Numbered from the stretch's first letter, positions 14,718 to 34,076 are shown. The stretch: 64,000 nucleotides of DNA from the human T2T-CHM13v2.0 reference genome, Homo sapiens (GCF_009914755.1 NC_060931.1); one strand, 5' to 3'. Translations and numbers: made by a program. Notes: a model not told the origin generated them from the sequence alone.

Positions 14718-16459
14718 GTTACAGAACTATCCCTCCATTAGTTAATTTAAAAAATAGCTTTCATAGTAAGGAACAGCAGGAAAAAAAATGGAAGGAAAAT
14801 AGAGAAAGAATATCTACTGTTAAGCCAGCACAATGGTTTTCTTATTTCCTCACAAAGAGATGATTTAGATTATCTAAATTGAGAAACCTTATTTTTTGTT
14901 CATTTATTAATTTGCTTTTATTTTTAAATAGGCTCAATCTTTTTGATCTGTATGTGTGTTTTCTCTATAAGACTCCCACCATGAGATGCAAAATTCATGT
15001 GCCCAACCATTTAAGTGATTTTTTAATAATATAGGAAGAATAATTCCTGAATTAGGATATTCTTAGCACATTGTTCCACTCTATACATTACAAATGTAAA
15101 GCAGGCAACAGTACTGTCTCTCCACAGGGAGAATTTATGACATAGTGCTATTATAAACCCAAAGATTTTATAGTGTTTCATTTTATGGTCTACTCTGCCT
15201 AAAATGACCTAAGGTATAATTTTCCTCCCACTGATTGATGCCATCTACAAAGTGCCATTGCTATTGAAGGGTTGGGCTGAACCCATAAGAAAATAATTCT
15301 CACCTTTATAGCTTTTGCTTCTAAGCCCAGGTGGTAATGAAAGGGTGGTACATCAGTAAAAGGTTATTCATTAAGTGCCCTTAAGCATGTTTGTAAGTAC
15401 AGGGAATCAGAAAGACTCTAAGAACAGTTCTGACCACAACTTTTGGTCATTTGAAGCAATTACCTGAGGCGCTCTCCGTGAATGCTTACAGAGCAACTGA
15501 ATTGTCTAAGAAAAAAAGGAAAAAACAGTGGATTCCTAAATAAGTTTTACAGCTCATGTGGTCTCTGTAGCCATTAAGCACATCATCTCACATGAGACCA
15601 AGCACCTGCTGATCACCTCAAAATATATTTCATCTGTAGCTGGGTATGTGTAATCTCTCAATGTCCTGTTCAAGGTAAAATACACTTCCTTTCAAAAGGT
15701 CCTTGGTAATACACATTAAAAAGAGCTCTTGGAATAATGCGCATGAATTTGGAAGAATTGACATATTTATTGTGAACAAAATATATCACTGGTGAACGTA
15801 GTCAGTGTATTTCAACTCAATCAGTGTGTTTGAATTTCAATTCAATCAGTGTAACAATAGGTCAAGTTTTAGAAATCTTCAGTTAGGCCAGACAATCATT
15901 ATTAGATGACTCAGCACTGTAGTTCTCATGTACTAACCACATACAAGCATAGTATTAATTAGAAATCAGTCAGTCTCAAGTATAAACCCCAACACTTCAC
16001 TCTTCTGTCTTTAGTTAGTGTTTCCCATTGGTTGTGCTTGTTTTAATGTTGGAGCTATTTGTCCCTGGTTAGATAGACGGATGGATAGATAGATATAGAT
16101 GTAGATACGGATATAGATATCTCACTTATTTTATTCTAGAGTTGTGTTGATGCTTACATTTAAATAGTACTATTAGCCTTTTATCTTCTCCAGGATGAGG
16201 ACTGTGCCTGCTTCTTATATTCTCTATAGATGCCTTAGGAAAAGATATGTTCACACCATGGGCAAAATTAATATTGAGAAGCAGTTGCCTTAGGTCACAT
16301 ATAAGTAAAAGACATACCTATGAACTTTAACAAATGTAAGTTTTACATAAACTTATTACTTGATTTGGTTACACAAGTAGTTATGGAAAACACAGGAAGT
16401 GTACTAAGTGAACACTCAATTTTTTTCATAGGCCATACATGCTTAAAGGTATGAATCGG

Positions 16460-16595
16460 TGATATGGACAGGAGACAGGGAAATTTTGGGTAGAAGAGGG
16501 TGGTTCCCTGGCAAAGGCCCCGCCCTCAAGCCTGAAGACCTGCTGCCCTAAATGAGGACAGGCAGTTCTGTTTTTGCACCCAAAAAGTCGTCCCT
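16460..16595 (+). mobile_element. LTR1-type ERV1 LTR, 5' fragment
   Basis: tgatatggacaggagacagggaaa...ggcaaaggccccgccctcaagcctg. Confidence 0.7.
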
Positions 16596-16900
16596 GTCGC
16601 ACATTCTGCAAAAGGAATCAGGGAACTCTCCCATTTCATTGGTACTTGCAATCAGCTCTAATTGAAACATATTTTTACCCTTTGGGAAAGAGGTGATTAG
16701 ACATTTATTTTTCACTTTATTTCTTAGTTATTGAAAAATAGAGGTCAGAGTGAAAAAGCTATTACTTCAGGGTTCAGGTGCCACCAGGCACTTGTCTGTT
16801 GGGATGGACACCAATTGTGAAGAATGTAAGAGAATTCCCTCTTAAAGGAAGAGCAGAGAGGAAATAAAAGCCTCTTTGGATAGACTACACTCTGATGCAT

Positions 16901-17251
16901 TGATATGGTTTGGCTGTGTTCCCACCAAAATCTCATCTTGAATTGTAGCTCCCAAAATCCCCACGTGTTGTGGGAGGGACTCGGTGGAAGACAATTGAAT
17001 CATGGGGGCAATTTCCCCCATACTGTTCTCGTAGTAGTGAATAAGTCTCACAAGAGCTGATGGTTTTATTAGGGGAAACCCCTTTCTTTTCTGTCTTCCC
17101 AGCCGTCATGTAAGATTTGTCTTTTGCCTTCCACCGTGATTGTGAGGCCTTCCAAACCATGTGGAACTGTGATTCCATTAAACCTCTTTTTTTTGTAAAT
17201 TACCTAATCTCAGGTATGTCTTTATCAGCAGCTTGAAAGTGGACTAATACA
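16901..17251 (+). mobile_element. THE1 solo LTR
   Basis: tgatatggtttggctgtg...ggactaataca; 5-bp TSD tgcat/tgtat. Confidence 0.9.
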
Positions 17252-17309
17252 TGTATGATCCCAAAATAAAAATATTTTCTTCTTTCCTTTTTATTTTGAT
17301 TTTTTTCTA

Positions 17310-17626
<317 letters not shown>

Positions 17627-18419
17627 AAATATGTTAGGCATTAATCCAAGATTGGACTCAGTATGATAACACAAAGAGTGAGAATTGTATTTTACTCATC
17701 TTATGTATAGGACAGTACAGCTTAACAAAGGCCTGTTCTCTTAAGTACAAAGTCAGCTGTGCTTGCTCAGACTTTCGGGATCATTATACTAAAGTAACAG
17801 TTTAACCAGCTTATTCAGCTCAAATTGAGACAAACTATTCTGGCAGGAGGTCTTCTTTACAACTAGGTTGATTAATGTAATGAAAATTCACAAGTTGTCC
17901 TCAATGATTTTCTAATCCTAGCTCCTGGTGGGTCTTGCTTGCTTTTGAGTATTTTATTTTCATAAGCACTACCCAAAAAAGAAGCTGGAAATGAGGAGAC
18001 TTCTTAATGCTCCTAAATCCATACTCTTCTGATAAGCACAGAAGAATGTGTCAACATTATTCCACTGTTATCCTTTGCCAGCTCTTAGCTATTCTAGAAC
18101 AGGAGCAACAGTAAATCTTGTTAGGGAGTAGTATACCACCATGATTAAACTTGCAGTCTCCAGAAGAGGCAAACTGGATATTAATTACATTCACCTGTTC
18201 GGTTATATGTAAATAAAGAATGCTGTGTTTCTCACAAGACAATATAAATATTAAGAGAGATGAAAATGTGTGACATGTAGAGGGGTTTTAGCAAAAGCTA
18301 GTTCTTTTAATTTTAGTGCCTTAATATACAAAAATACATGAAAAATGTATTAAACTCTCTGACTTTATAAAGCAGAAAGTGACACACTTGTTGGTGTTAC
18401 TTAATTTTTAATATTCCTT

Positions 18420-18820
18420 ACTGTCTTGGACCCTGATTTTCAACTGAGTGTATTATAACAAAAGTACATTTTCCAGTCCCTGTTGTTGTCAGGGATGGCC
18501 AGTAAAATTGTATCTGAAAGTGGCATAGGACACTTCTAGGAATTATCCTTATAGAAAGAGAACAGTGTCTCTATTCTTTTTTCCCTTCCTCTTCCTTGGA
18601 GTTTGATATGATGGCTGGTGCTCCAGCCATCATTTTGGATCAAGATGATAAATATGTAATACATGCCCTGGATTGCTTAATTCCAAATTCAATTTATATA
18701 AGGAAAATGATTAAATTTATTTGTGCCTATTATGTGAAAAAGAGATGAACATCTGTCTTTCGTAAGTCACTCTTATATTGTTCCTTTTGTTATTCTGTTG
18801 TATGCAAACTTAATCATATT
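18420..18820 (+). mobile_element. Ancient ERVL/MaLR LTR (LTR33/MLT1-like)
   Basis: gatatgatggctggtgctccagccatcattttgga motif. Confidence 0.45.
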
Positions 18821-19479
18821 GTCCAGGCATTCCCAAATTATCCTCTCCTGGGGGTGACTGGACTGTATGTGAAAAAACCCAGTAGCCACTCAATTATTTT
18901 TAAAGGAAAGAAATTTTTTTAAACTGTTAGTATATTTAAAATTTTTAATTAGAAGAATTAAATCTATTAAAAGAATAAGGGGAATGTTTTTTGAAATATA
19001 ACATTTATGTTCATCTGCAATGGTAATACATGTCAATTGTAGATTTTTTAACAATAGGCAAAACACAAAAGAAAACAGAATTCAACGTAATAATTTACTG
19101 ATTTTCTGTTTATTTCTAAAGAAGTGTGTGCCTGACCATGATTAGAATTTGAGATATGTTTTGTCAGAGATGGAAATATATTCAAATATTTTAAACCCAG
19201 ATGAGAAGAGAACATATTAAATTTAATTTAGTTTTGCTTTGCCACATCAGATGCTCAGATGTCTTTGAATAGGAAAAGAACAATAAGTTGAAGTGGCCTT
19301 TGTGGGAAATTCTACTTGTATTTCTAGAAGTTTATTTTCTTGGCTTGTTGGGAAGTCCAAAGTTAGCCAGGATAGTTACCACTTCTTGAACAGGCATTTT
19401 TGGGAACCAGCTTAAAATGTGGTTAATAACATGTGGAAGCCAAAAGTACAAATGTGGAAGCTCAATATTGGTTGAGTAG

Positions 19480-19891
<412 letters not shown>

Positions 19892-20574
19892 TCACACATA
19901 GCAAATCCAAAGTAGTTAATACATATGATATTTTGCAGATGTTTCCAAATTTTCTGATATATACTTCAAAATGATCCCAAGTTATCAGGGGTGGCAGAGG
20001 TCTTTGCCTGTAGTTATGCCATTTTGGTCTCAGGCAAATACCTTTGAAATATTTTACAGAAAAGATCTTCTCTACCTTTTATCTTGTCAACTGTTACTCG
20101 TATTTCAGGTCTAGTTTAAATGGAAAATGCTCAGGTAAGCCTTTCCCAAACTAACAAATAGAATTATTCTCCTTCATTATATGGCTTGAGCCATTACTTG
20201 GCATGACACAGGTAAGCTCTGTTTTCTACTGGATCCTTAGTGCCGTAAACCTAGTGTGGCTGGGTGGAGTGCCTAACAAAGTAGAAAGTTCTTTACACCT
20301 ATTTAATCAGTGACAAATTGAATTAATATATTTTCATAAATTTGAAATAACCACAGTTAAAATGAATTCAGATTATCTTCATTGATTAGAAATTTAGGAT
20401 TGTTGAGTATGTAGCATGTTTTATATTGATCAAGTTTTCATCCTCAAAAAGCGAGTGAGGATTTGTTGGTCAAATTTCTTAACAAACATGCAGCATGCTG
20501 ATAGAAAATGGAATACATAATAGGTGAGTTGTTTTTGTTTGTTTGTTTACCAATACTGTTAGATGCAACCTGAT

Positions 20575-24576
<4,002 letters not shown>

Positions 24577-25206
24577 TTGTTTTTTATTTTAAGTTCTGGG
24601 ATACATGTGCAGAATGTGCAGGTTTGTTACATAGATATACACTTGCCATGGTGGTTTGCTGTCCCTGTCAACCTGTCATCTAGGTTTTAAGCCCTGCATG
24701 CATTAGGCATATGTCCTAATGCTCTCCCTCCCCTTGCCCACCACCTGCCGACAGGCTCTGGTGTGTGTTGTTCCCCTCCCTGTGTCCATGTGTTCTCATT
24801 GTTCAACTGCCACTTATGAGTGAGAACATGTGGTGTTTGGTTTTCTGTTCCTGTGTTAGTTTGCTGAGAATGATGGCTTCCGGCTTCATCCATGTCTCTG
24901 CAAAAGTCATGAACTCATTCTTTTTTATGGCTGCATAGTATTCCTGGTGTATATGTACCACATTTTCTTTATCTAGTCTATCATTGATGTGCATTTGGGT
25001 TGGTTCCATGTCTTTGCTATTGTAAATAGTGCTGCATTAAACATATGTTTGCATGTGTCTTTATAGTAGAATGATTTATATTCCTTTGGGCATATATCCA
25101 GTAATTGGATTGCTGGGTCAAATGTTATTTCTGGTTCTACATCCCTGAGGAATTGCCACACTGTCCTCCACAATAATTAAACCAATCTACATTCCCACCA
25201 ACAGTA
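24577..25206 (-). mobile_element. L1PA (PA7/8-like) 3' end
   Basis: L1 3'UTR plus ORF2 C-terminus ([29 protein letters not shown]). Confidence 0.92.
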
Positions 25207-27343
25207 CCAATGGATTTTTGCAATTTGTGGATCAGGAGATTCCTTCATGAGCCTACACCACCAGGGCCCTGGGTTTCAAGCACAAAACTTGGTGGCTGTT
25301 TGGGCAGGCACTGACCGGCAGGAGTTTTTTCAGTGGCACCTGGAACTCCAGTGAAATGGGAGAATCGTCCACTTCCCTGGAATAGGGGCCGAAGCCAGGG
25401 AGCCAAGCAGTCTTGCTCAGTGGGTCCCACTCCCATGGAGCCCAGCAAGATAAGAACCACTAGCTTGAAATTCTCACTGCCAGCACAGCAGTCTGGAGTC
25501 AGCCTGGGATGATCAAGTTTGGTGGGGGGAGGGGTTACCACCTTTACTGTGGCTTGCCGGGGTGTACTCACCGGGGTATCACCAGTGGAGACTGCAGAAC
25601 AGCAATGATTGCTCCCTGATCCTTCTCCTGGAAGCTTCTTCCCAGAGGGACACTGTCCTGATGCCAGCTGGAGTGCTCCTGTATATTTTACTGTGGCTTT
25701 AGTAGGCAGTTTTCCTTTGACAGGGCTAAGGATACTAGAAGGTTTGGAGTGCACGGAATTCACCACAGCGCAGCAAAGTGGTTGTGGCCAGACTGCTTCT
25801 TTAGATTCCTCCTCACTGGACAGGGCATCTCTGCAGGAAATACAGCAGCTCCAGTCAGGGCCTTACAGACAAAACTCTCATCTCCCTGGGACAGAGCACC
25901 TGGCGGGAGGGGTGACTGTGGTTGCAGGTTCAGCATACTTAATCTTTCCTGCCTGCCAGCTCTGAAGAGAGAGGCTGATCCTGACAAGGGGGATTCTCCC
26001 AGCACAGTGCACCAGCTCTGCTAAGGGACAGACTGCCTCCTCAAGTGGATTCCTGACCCCCTTGCCTCCTGACTGGGAGAGATCTCCCAACAGGGGTCAA
26101 CAGACACCTAATACAGGAGCGCTCCAGCTAGCATCAGGCCAGTGTCCCTCTAGGGAGAAGCTTCCAGGAGAAGGATCAGGCAGCAATCTTTGCTGTTTTG
26201 CAGTCTCCACTGGTGATACCCCGGTGAACAGGGTCTGGGGTGGGCCTCCAGCAAACTGCAGCAGACCTGCAGAAAAGAGGCCTGACTGTTAGAAGAAAAA
26301 CTAACAAACAGAAGGCAATAACAATGGCAAGATCAACAAAAAAGATCCCCCCACAAAAACCCCATCCAAAGATCATCAGCCTCAGAGTTCGAAGATAGAT
26401 AAATCCAGGAAGATGAGGAAAAACCAGCATAAAAAACGCTAAAAATTCCAAAAGCCAGAATGCCTCTTCTCTTTCAAATGATCGCAACGCCTCTCCAGCA
26501 AGGGCACAGAACTGGATGGAGGATGAGATGGATGAATTGAAAGAAGTAGTCTTCAGGAGGTGGGTAATAACAAACTACTGAGCTAAAGGGCATGTTCTAA
26601 TCCAATGCAAAGAAGTTAAGAACCTTGATAAAAGGTTACAGGAGCTACTAGCTAGAATAACCAGTTAAGAGAGGAACATAAATGACCTTATGGAGCTGAA
26701 AAACACAGCACAATCACTTCGTGAAGCATAAACAGGTATCAATAGCCAAATGGATCAATTGGAAGAAAGGATATCAGAGTTTGAAGACCACCTTGCTGAA
26801 ATAAGGAATGCAGACAAGATTAGAGAAAAAAGAATCAAAAGGAATGAACAAAGCCTCCAAGAAATATGGGACTATGTTAAAAGACTGAACCTATGATTGA
26901 TTGGAGTACCTGAAACACACAGAGAGAATGGAACCAAGTTGGAAAACACACTGCAGGATATCATCTAGGAGAACTTCCCTAGCAAGACAGGCCAACATTC
27001 AAATTCAAGAAATACAGAGAACATCACTAAGATATTCCACAAGAAGATCAACCCCAAGACACATAATCATCAGATTCTCCAAGCTTGAAATGAAGGAAAA
27101 AAATGTTAAGGGCAGCCAGAGAGAAAGGTCAGGTCACCTACAAAGGGAAGCCCATTAGACTAACAGTGGATCTCTCAGCAGAAACCCTACAAGCCGAAAG
27201 AGAGCGGGGGCCAATATTCAACATTCTTAAAGAAAATAGTTTTCAACTCAGAATTTCATAGCCAGCCAAACTAAGCTTCATAAGCAAAGAAGAGAGAAAA
27301 ACTTTCCAGACAAGCAAATGCTAAGGGATTTCATCATCACCAG
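25207..27343 (+). mobile_element. L1PA (PA7/8-like) 5'UTR + disrupted ORF1
   Basis: ccagggccctgggtttcaagcacaaaac 5'UTR; ORF1 ATG ~26413; RQANIQIQEIQRT...PRHIIIRFSK. Confidence 0.9.
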
Positions 27344-28913
27344 GATGGTGTAAAACAGAATAAAAGAGAGTTTTATTCACTCTAGTGCAGTTCAAGCTGC
27401 AGGAAAGAGGGGTGATTGCTTGATCATTGTTTACCTGAAGAAACTCTCTGTTGCTGCAGGCAACAGGTTGGTCCATGGAATAAACTTGAGTGACTTGAGC
27501 TCCCTGCTCAGCCCTTGAGGGGGTGACAAACTTGGTAGAGCTGAACTGCCAAGTCTGCCCTTGGATATTACAATGGTGGGCACAACCACCAACCCAGACA
27601 GAGGTGGTGGCAGGAGCTTCTGGTGAAATTTGCTGAGGTCTTTGCACTGGAGAAGTGAGTTTTTCTAGTCCATGGTCTAGGTAGGCAGGGATGTGATCCA
27701 CTGTCCCATCATACCACTGTCCTGGTGCTTGGGACAATCAGATCAGACAAACATCACGCTCTATCTTGAAGCTGCAATGTAGCCAAGAGCCATGAATGAT
27801 GCCTGCTCTGTGGCTCACCACCAAAATGTCTTTGGTGAGGAACCTTCTCCCTCAGCTCAAAAGACACAGCTTTTTTACTCTCCTGCTCTCTGCTGCAGGA
27901 ACACTGCTGCTCTGTGTAGGGGGAGTCTTTTGTGCAAGTTGGCTCCAGTGGGCACACTGCCAGTTGGTATACAGATGTCCCTAATAACCCTAGAATGGCC
28001 ATCCTCTGGTGCACCTGCACCAGTCTCCTGAGAGTAGCCATAACTGGGTCCACTGCACTGGGTAAGCGGGAAGGAGAAATCTCCCTGTCCAATTCTGTGC
28101 CCAAGTACTGGGGCTGTCTGGCCACTGAGATGGAATCATACTTCTACCTTGTGGAGCTGAGCATAGCCCCTGTGTCTCCACTAGAAGTGCTGCCATCACT
28201 CTCAGCCCACAAGTGAGGCACTCTTAACTATAAGAAAGCATGCATACCCTTTTGTGTTGTTGTCGTTCAAGGGGTGCTCCCTTTCTGCACTGCACTCTTC
28301 CTTCCCTTAGGGGCAGCACTCCATTCCCCGAAGGTTAAACCCCTGGGAAGCCTGCACCTCTCTTGGGTCCAGCAAGGCCTGTGTGGTTGGCTGCAATCCA
28401 AGCTGGTCCTGGGGAATATCTGCAGGGGCTCCAGTGATTTGGAGAAACAAGGGATGAGGTTCCCTGGGCAAGACAGAGTCCCTCAAAGGCTGTGCTCCAA
28501 GTAGGGCACCCACCACACAGCTTGGGTCTAGGGGGAGGGTAAGTGACCTGGCTCATGCAGGTAATCGGGTGTAATGCCCTCAAGAAGTCTCCAAATCACT
28601 GCCCACACCAGTGTTTGGGTTTGCAAGAACAGAGGCACTCTTCAACAGGTGGGATACCAGTGGTGTGCCGCTGAAGCAAGGGCAGCCAACAACACTCGGA
28701 CATACCTTTTCAACAAAATACCAAGTCCCTTGGGGTTCCTAGCTAATCTCTGCCAGCTTTTTGTTTCTTTCTTTTTCGTGCCCTGGCTTCCTTCTGTGAG
28801 TTTCATGCTAAGTTCCAGTACTCTCCCCTTGGCATTCATTCAAGTTATGATTATTCAGCTGTAACTTTGGTTCTTTTTATGAGGAGAAGTGGTGTCTGGA
28901 GTCAGCCATCTTG
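27344..28913 (-). mobile_element. Old L1 (L1PB/L1MA-type) 5'UTR
   Basis: Minus strand starts caagatggctgactcc...aagaaccaaag...gagagtactggaa, resembling old L1 5' ends; raised GC; no coherent ORF. Confidence 0.6.
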
Positions 28914-29437
28914 ACAAATATCTCACAATAAGTATCTCACGACAGATAAGTTTTTGATAGGGGAAGGATAGGGACTAAGATATTGCCAAGGTAGAGTGGA
29001 CTTACCTTAAGTCTACTTAAGGACTACACTACCTTAACTGCATTAGGTCTTAAAAGGGCAACATCTGCTTTTGGATACCTGAATCTTTTCATAGGCTGGG
29101 TAAATAGTAAGTTTCAATTGTCAATATTCTTAAAGTAAATGTATACTAACTCTTTTTACATTTTTTTAAATCACATTTTAACATTGCAGTAGCTGACTGC
29201 AAGTTGTCTTTCTATCCATGTGTTGTAGATTTGTAAAAGTCCCAGAGGCAATAAGCAATTTTCTGAAAGTCAAACAACTCCTAAGAGTTAGTGCTAGAAT
29301 TTGATTTAGGGTATAAATGGAAGATATTTTCACTCCATTTAAACCATAGCAATGATACATCTATGCACTCCTATTTTTGTTAACTATGTATTACAGAATC
29401 TTGAGACTAGATCAGGATTAAAGTGGTTATATATTCT

Positions 29438-29610
29438 CTAGTGATTAAAGTCAAAGGCTCTGAAGCCAGATGACCAAGGCTCAGATTCCAGCTTCACAAC
29501 TCCCTATCTCTGCAATCTTGGATAAGTAATTTAATCTCTCTGTCCCTCAGGTCATTCTTCTATTACATGTGGAAAATAGAGGTACAGGTACTAATTCATA
29601 GAATTTCTCT
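29438..29610 (+). mobile_element. MIR
   Basis: ggctctgaagccaga...tcttggataagtaatttaatctctctgtccctcag. Confidence 0.7.
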
Positions 29611-31614
29611 AGATTTGTTCTGTTTAGAACCAAAGCTAACTCACAATCCTTTGAGTATTTATTCTAGATGAGAGAGTTTAATTCACCTGAAGTATAGCAA
29701 ATTAAAACTTACAATTAATTATCTATCTAAAATATTTTTAAAGTAATCAAAGACACTATAATGTTGTCAATGTTCCTGACATATGGAAGTTTTATTATAC
29801 TTAAACATGAAATCAGTAATCAACATGTCTGAAGTCTTCTATGCTTTCAGGATTAAGTTACTACTAACCCTCATTTCACTCCATGCCACTCAGAGTGCAG
29901 TGTGTTCAAACACATAAAACAATGACTATATGAATTGTAAACTAAAGTGAATAAAACCCTGAATAAAATATATATTCTCTAACATCAAGTGTAGTGATAT
30001 ATAATTGATTTCATTTTGTTCATACAGAAAATAGAAAATCATCATCTACCACTCATTTGCTTGAGGAAAAAATATTCATTTTTAATATTTGCACCAAAAT
30101 ATTGAAATAATTTGTAGCACAGAGATGATTTGGTTTTCTTTTTTACAAAGTTTATTCTTGCAGACTGTGCTTTAGAACTGTGGTACAGAATTTCAGTTCC
30201 CATGGTAACTTTATTTTAGCAACAGAAAAAACAGACATAAAACATGTATAGAAACAGTGAAGGCTGTATCAGCTTCAACCAATTTTTACCCACATATACT
30301 TTCTGCTCTGTCTAGAAGAACCAAATATAAGCCTTTTTATATATCAATATATCAAGTCACTCCTTGAAAAGACTCTTTACATATTTTGTTATTATAAGAA
30401 TAGTCAAAGACGGCAGATAACATGTAATAGAAAATGTAAATAATATATAATATCTATCAGACATATAAAACTTTTCCTGTCAATGACAGCCCCAATAATT
30501 TAACCAAGGGAATCAAATCCTTAGACTCATATTTTATTTAATATTTCATTTATCTCTTTTACTGTGTCATAAATCTTCTCAGTTATTCTGTAAAATATCA
30601 GTTGTGTTCATTCTTGTATCTTCATTGTTGCCACTACCAAACTTATCCAAACTCAAATCAACTCATGCCTAGATATATGCAATAAACCAGTTAACTGAGT
30701 TTCCTGAATCAGGTGAAATTACCATACCCTCCTTCTCAAATGATTTCTGAACATCACTGACAAATAAAACTAATATCTCCCCCAATACTAAAGATATAAT
30801 GTTTAAAATATTTGAGAGTTTATTATTTTAAAAAATTTCAAGTGCTTGATTCTTTAAATATCTATTAATTATTTTCAAATTGATATTAAGCAATGCTCCT
30901 AGATGCAACAGTATGACAACAATAGCCACGCTAGCATCAGACAGTGGACATCTCTCTGTCCTGCTTCACTCTCTGGCCCACATGTGGCTCTCTTAAATTC
31001 CTTTCCTGAATTTAATCTATCCCAGATGGGATAATGCTCTCATCACTTCCTCTACTGTGTAGGCCATTTCTCTCTAGGTGTTCTTCAGGCACTATCATAC
31101 AACACAATCTGTTTGGTCCTCTTCTGGCCATCTCCAAGAAATGAGGAAAGTAAAGGTAACATTTAAAGAATTTAAGATGTGGGAAAATTAGCTGAAAATA
31201 ATTAAGAATTAAAATCCAGCTCCCTTGCTATATAACTGGGCAACATTTTAGGTACTGTTTTACATTCTGCTACTTATTTCGTGCCACTGAAAACATGCTA
31301 TCAGTAGGAAAGTATTAGCGATGTTGAATACCAATATTTTTGTACATCAGTGTACTTTTGTGGTCTTGAAAGGCAATTTTCTAAAGGTCATAGCCTCCCG
31401 AGCTATAAGTTAAGAAAAGTTAATTTGAAACCAAGTGTTGGTGCTAACTAGTAGTTAGAATTTGTGAAAATAAGTACTTTATGCCTCAGTTACTTCTAGA
31501 AAAAATAAAGAGGTTAATTTGGAATATTTTAAAATTTTCAGTCTTAACATTTCTACTGTTTTCAAAAACCCATGTATTCAATTTGATGGTTTAGTTTTAA
31601 GAGTTTAATATGCA

Positions 31615-32184
31615 ATGTGGTTGACAGACACTAAGGCGATCCCCCAAATTCCCCATCTCCTGATGTTCAAGTTTTGAGTGTATACAGGACGTGTGACTTA
31701 CTTCTAACAAAAATAATATGGCAAAGATAACTGGATGTGTTTCTTTATCCTTCTTATCTTAATAGAATTACTCTAGATATTCTCTCTGCTGGATTGCTGA
31801 AGTTAGCAATCATGTTGGGAAATCCTCCAAAGCCAGGAACTGTAGATTATTCTAAGAATGACAAGCAGCCTCTAGTAACTTTAGGAGATCTCTAGGAGCT
31901 CACATGGTCTACAGCAGAAGTCAGGAAACAATCAATGGTCCTTACTCTCACAGCCGCAAGGAAATACATTCTGTCAACAATCTGATTAAGCTTGGAAATG
32001 GATTCTTTCTGAGTAAAGTCTCCAAATGAGAATGCAGTCCAGCCAGGACCTTGATTGCAGTATTGCAGAGGTCCTAGTTAAGCTGTCTGTAAGACTCCTG
32101 ACTCATAGAATCTGTGGGTTCATAAATGTGTGTTGTTTGAGCTACAAAATTAGTGGTAGTTTTTAACATAGAAAATTCATAGAC
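31615..32184 (+). mobile_element. MLT1D/E-like LTR
   Basis: gcaaggaaatacattctgtcaacaatctg; accttgattgcag; aaatgtgtgttgttt. Confidence 0.7.
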
Positions 32185-32424
32185 ACAAAAAGCAGGTTGC
32201 TTTACTACATCCTAATCTACATCAGAATTTAGCATCCAGTAACCACCCAGCTGTTCAAGTCATCATTGTTTGTAACTTGAACATCTAATCCATTAAAAAG
32301 AATTTGTCAGTTCTACCTATAGCACATATCCCATATGTACCCCTTTCTCACAGTTCCTTTCACTGCCACCCTTCTATCCTAAGCTATTATCATCTATCAC
32401 CTGGACTATTTTAACTGTTTATTT

Positions 32425-32742
32425 TATTTTGTTTATTTACTCATTTTTTTTTTTATTTTTGTAGACAAGAGTCTCACTCTGTCGCCCAGGATACAGAGTA
32501 GTTGTGCTATCTTGGCCCACTGCAATCTCTGCCTCCCAGGCTGAAGCAATTCTCCTGCCTCAGCCTCTCTGGTAGCTGGGATTACAGGCTCACGCCACCA
32601 CGCCCAGCTAATTTTTGTATTTTGGTAGAGATGGGGTTTCACCATGTTGACCAGAGTGGTCTCGAACTCCTGACCTCAAGAGATCCGCTCACTTCGGCCT
32701 TCCAAAGTGCTGGGATTACAGGCATGAGCCACTGCACCCGGC
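32425..32742 (-). mobile_element. AluS inserted in an L2 fragment
   Basis: Antisense Alu; TSD aactgtttt; L2-like flanks (catctatcacctggactatt). Confidence 0.93.
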
Positions 32743-33620
32743 TCAACTGTTTTTTTACTGATCTTCCTTCTCATACTTTTGCCCCTTTTCATTCCACGGA
32801 GAAACACAGTGGGTCCCTCATCAAGTTGAATTCCTACTCAACACCTGGGAAGTTCTATTAAGAGGCTGTAGGAGGAAATCATGACTTGAGACAGTAATCA
32901 ACAAGGAAAGATGAGGAAAATAATTTATCTCCCTGATTCCCTTTTTCTTTTCTCACAGTGGTGGAAGTTCACCCAATAGGTAATGAATTCTGTACTTTTG
33001 GATGATGTCATCAGGTTCCTTTCTGCCTCTCAGCAACAGCAGATATAACCTTTTCTGTGATGTGACAGTTTATTCCATTGTAGTAAATGAAGCCATAAAC
33101 TCTGCACATACAGCTAGTCACCCCAGTTTAATGACAGTGACCAAAAAGGAAGGTCTGACACTCTCAGGGTTGACTGGCCCCAGTTGTGGAATCTCAGCCC
33201 ACTGAGGAAGTAGAGAAGGCCAAGGAAATCTGAGATGGCCCCAAAATATCTGTGACTGATACAGAATTTTATGTGTTAAAAAATTTTTCTTCTCAACATA
33301 TTTTAATAAATTGGCTCCATGAGTAGAGAGAATATTGCCAATTTAATTTGTTATGAGTAAAACTTCATTTTTATTTTTTTTTTCAATCTCAAGTCATCTT
33401 CTCTTCCTGTACTGCCATTCTTAGTTAATAACCTCATTGCATTCATCCTGCTAGCTTGGTAAAAATCTGATGAAAAAATGGATCTCATTTAATATGTTAC
33501 AAATTCCTGATAATTCTGGCACATAAATATTTCTCAAATTCATTCCTATCAATACCTATATCAGTCACTTCCATGGCTGGCTCATCTTTTCTTACTTTGA
33601 TTATGGGAATGATTTTCTAA

Positions 33621-34076
33621 CTGTTAAGGATTGAACTATGTCCCCGAAAAAAATGAGTTGAAGTCTTAAACCCCATACCTATGAATGCAGTGTTATTTGG
33701 GAATAGAGTTTGCAGATGTAATCAAATGAAGGTATCATGCTGGATTAAGGTACACCCTAATCCAATGTGACTGGAGTTCTTATCAGAGGAGAAGGAATAT
33801 ACAGATGCGCAGGGAGAATGCTGTCTCAGGACAGAAGCAGGGATGGTAGTAGCATAACTGCAAGCCAAGGAACAACAGGGATAACAGCCACCATCCAAAG
33901 TTAGAGAGAAATGAGGAAGGATCCTCCTCCAAAGCCTTCATAGACAGCATGGCCCTGCTGACACCTTAATTCTGGACTTCAAGTCCCTAGAAATGTAAGA
34001 GAATACATTTCTGTTGTTTTATTTAAGCCACCCAGTGTATAGTACTTTGTTATGATAGCACCAGGAAACTCATACA
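33621..34076 (+). mobile_element. MLT1B/C LTR
   Basis: ccctaatccaatgtgactgg; gcaagccaaggaa; gcatggccctgctgacacctt. Confidence 0.8.

Noticed and set aside
27321-28864. Cluster of overlapping ORFs suggesting a second pseudogene
   Set aside because: No recognisable protein; better explained as a GC-rich old L1 5'UTR.
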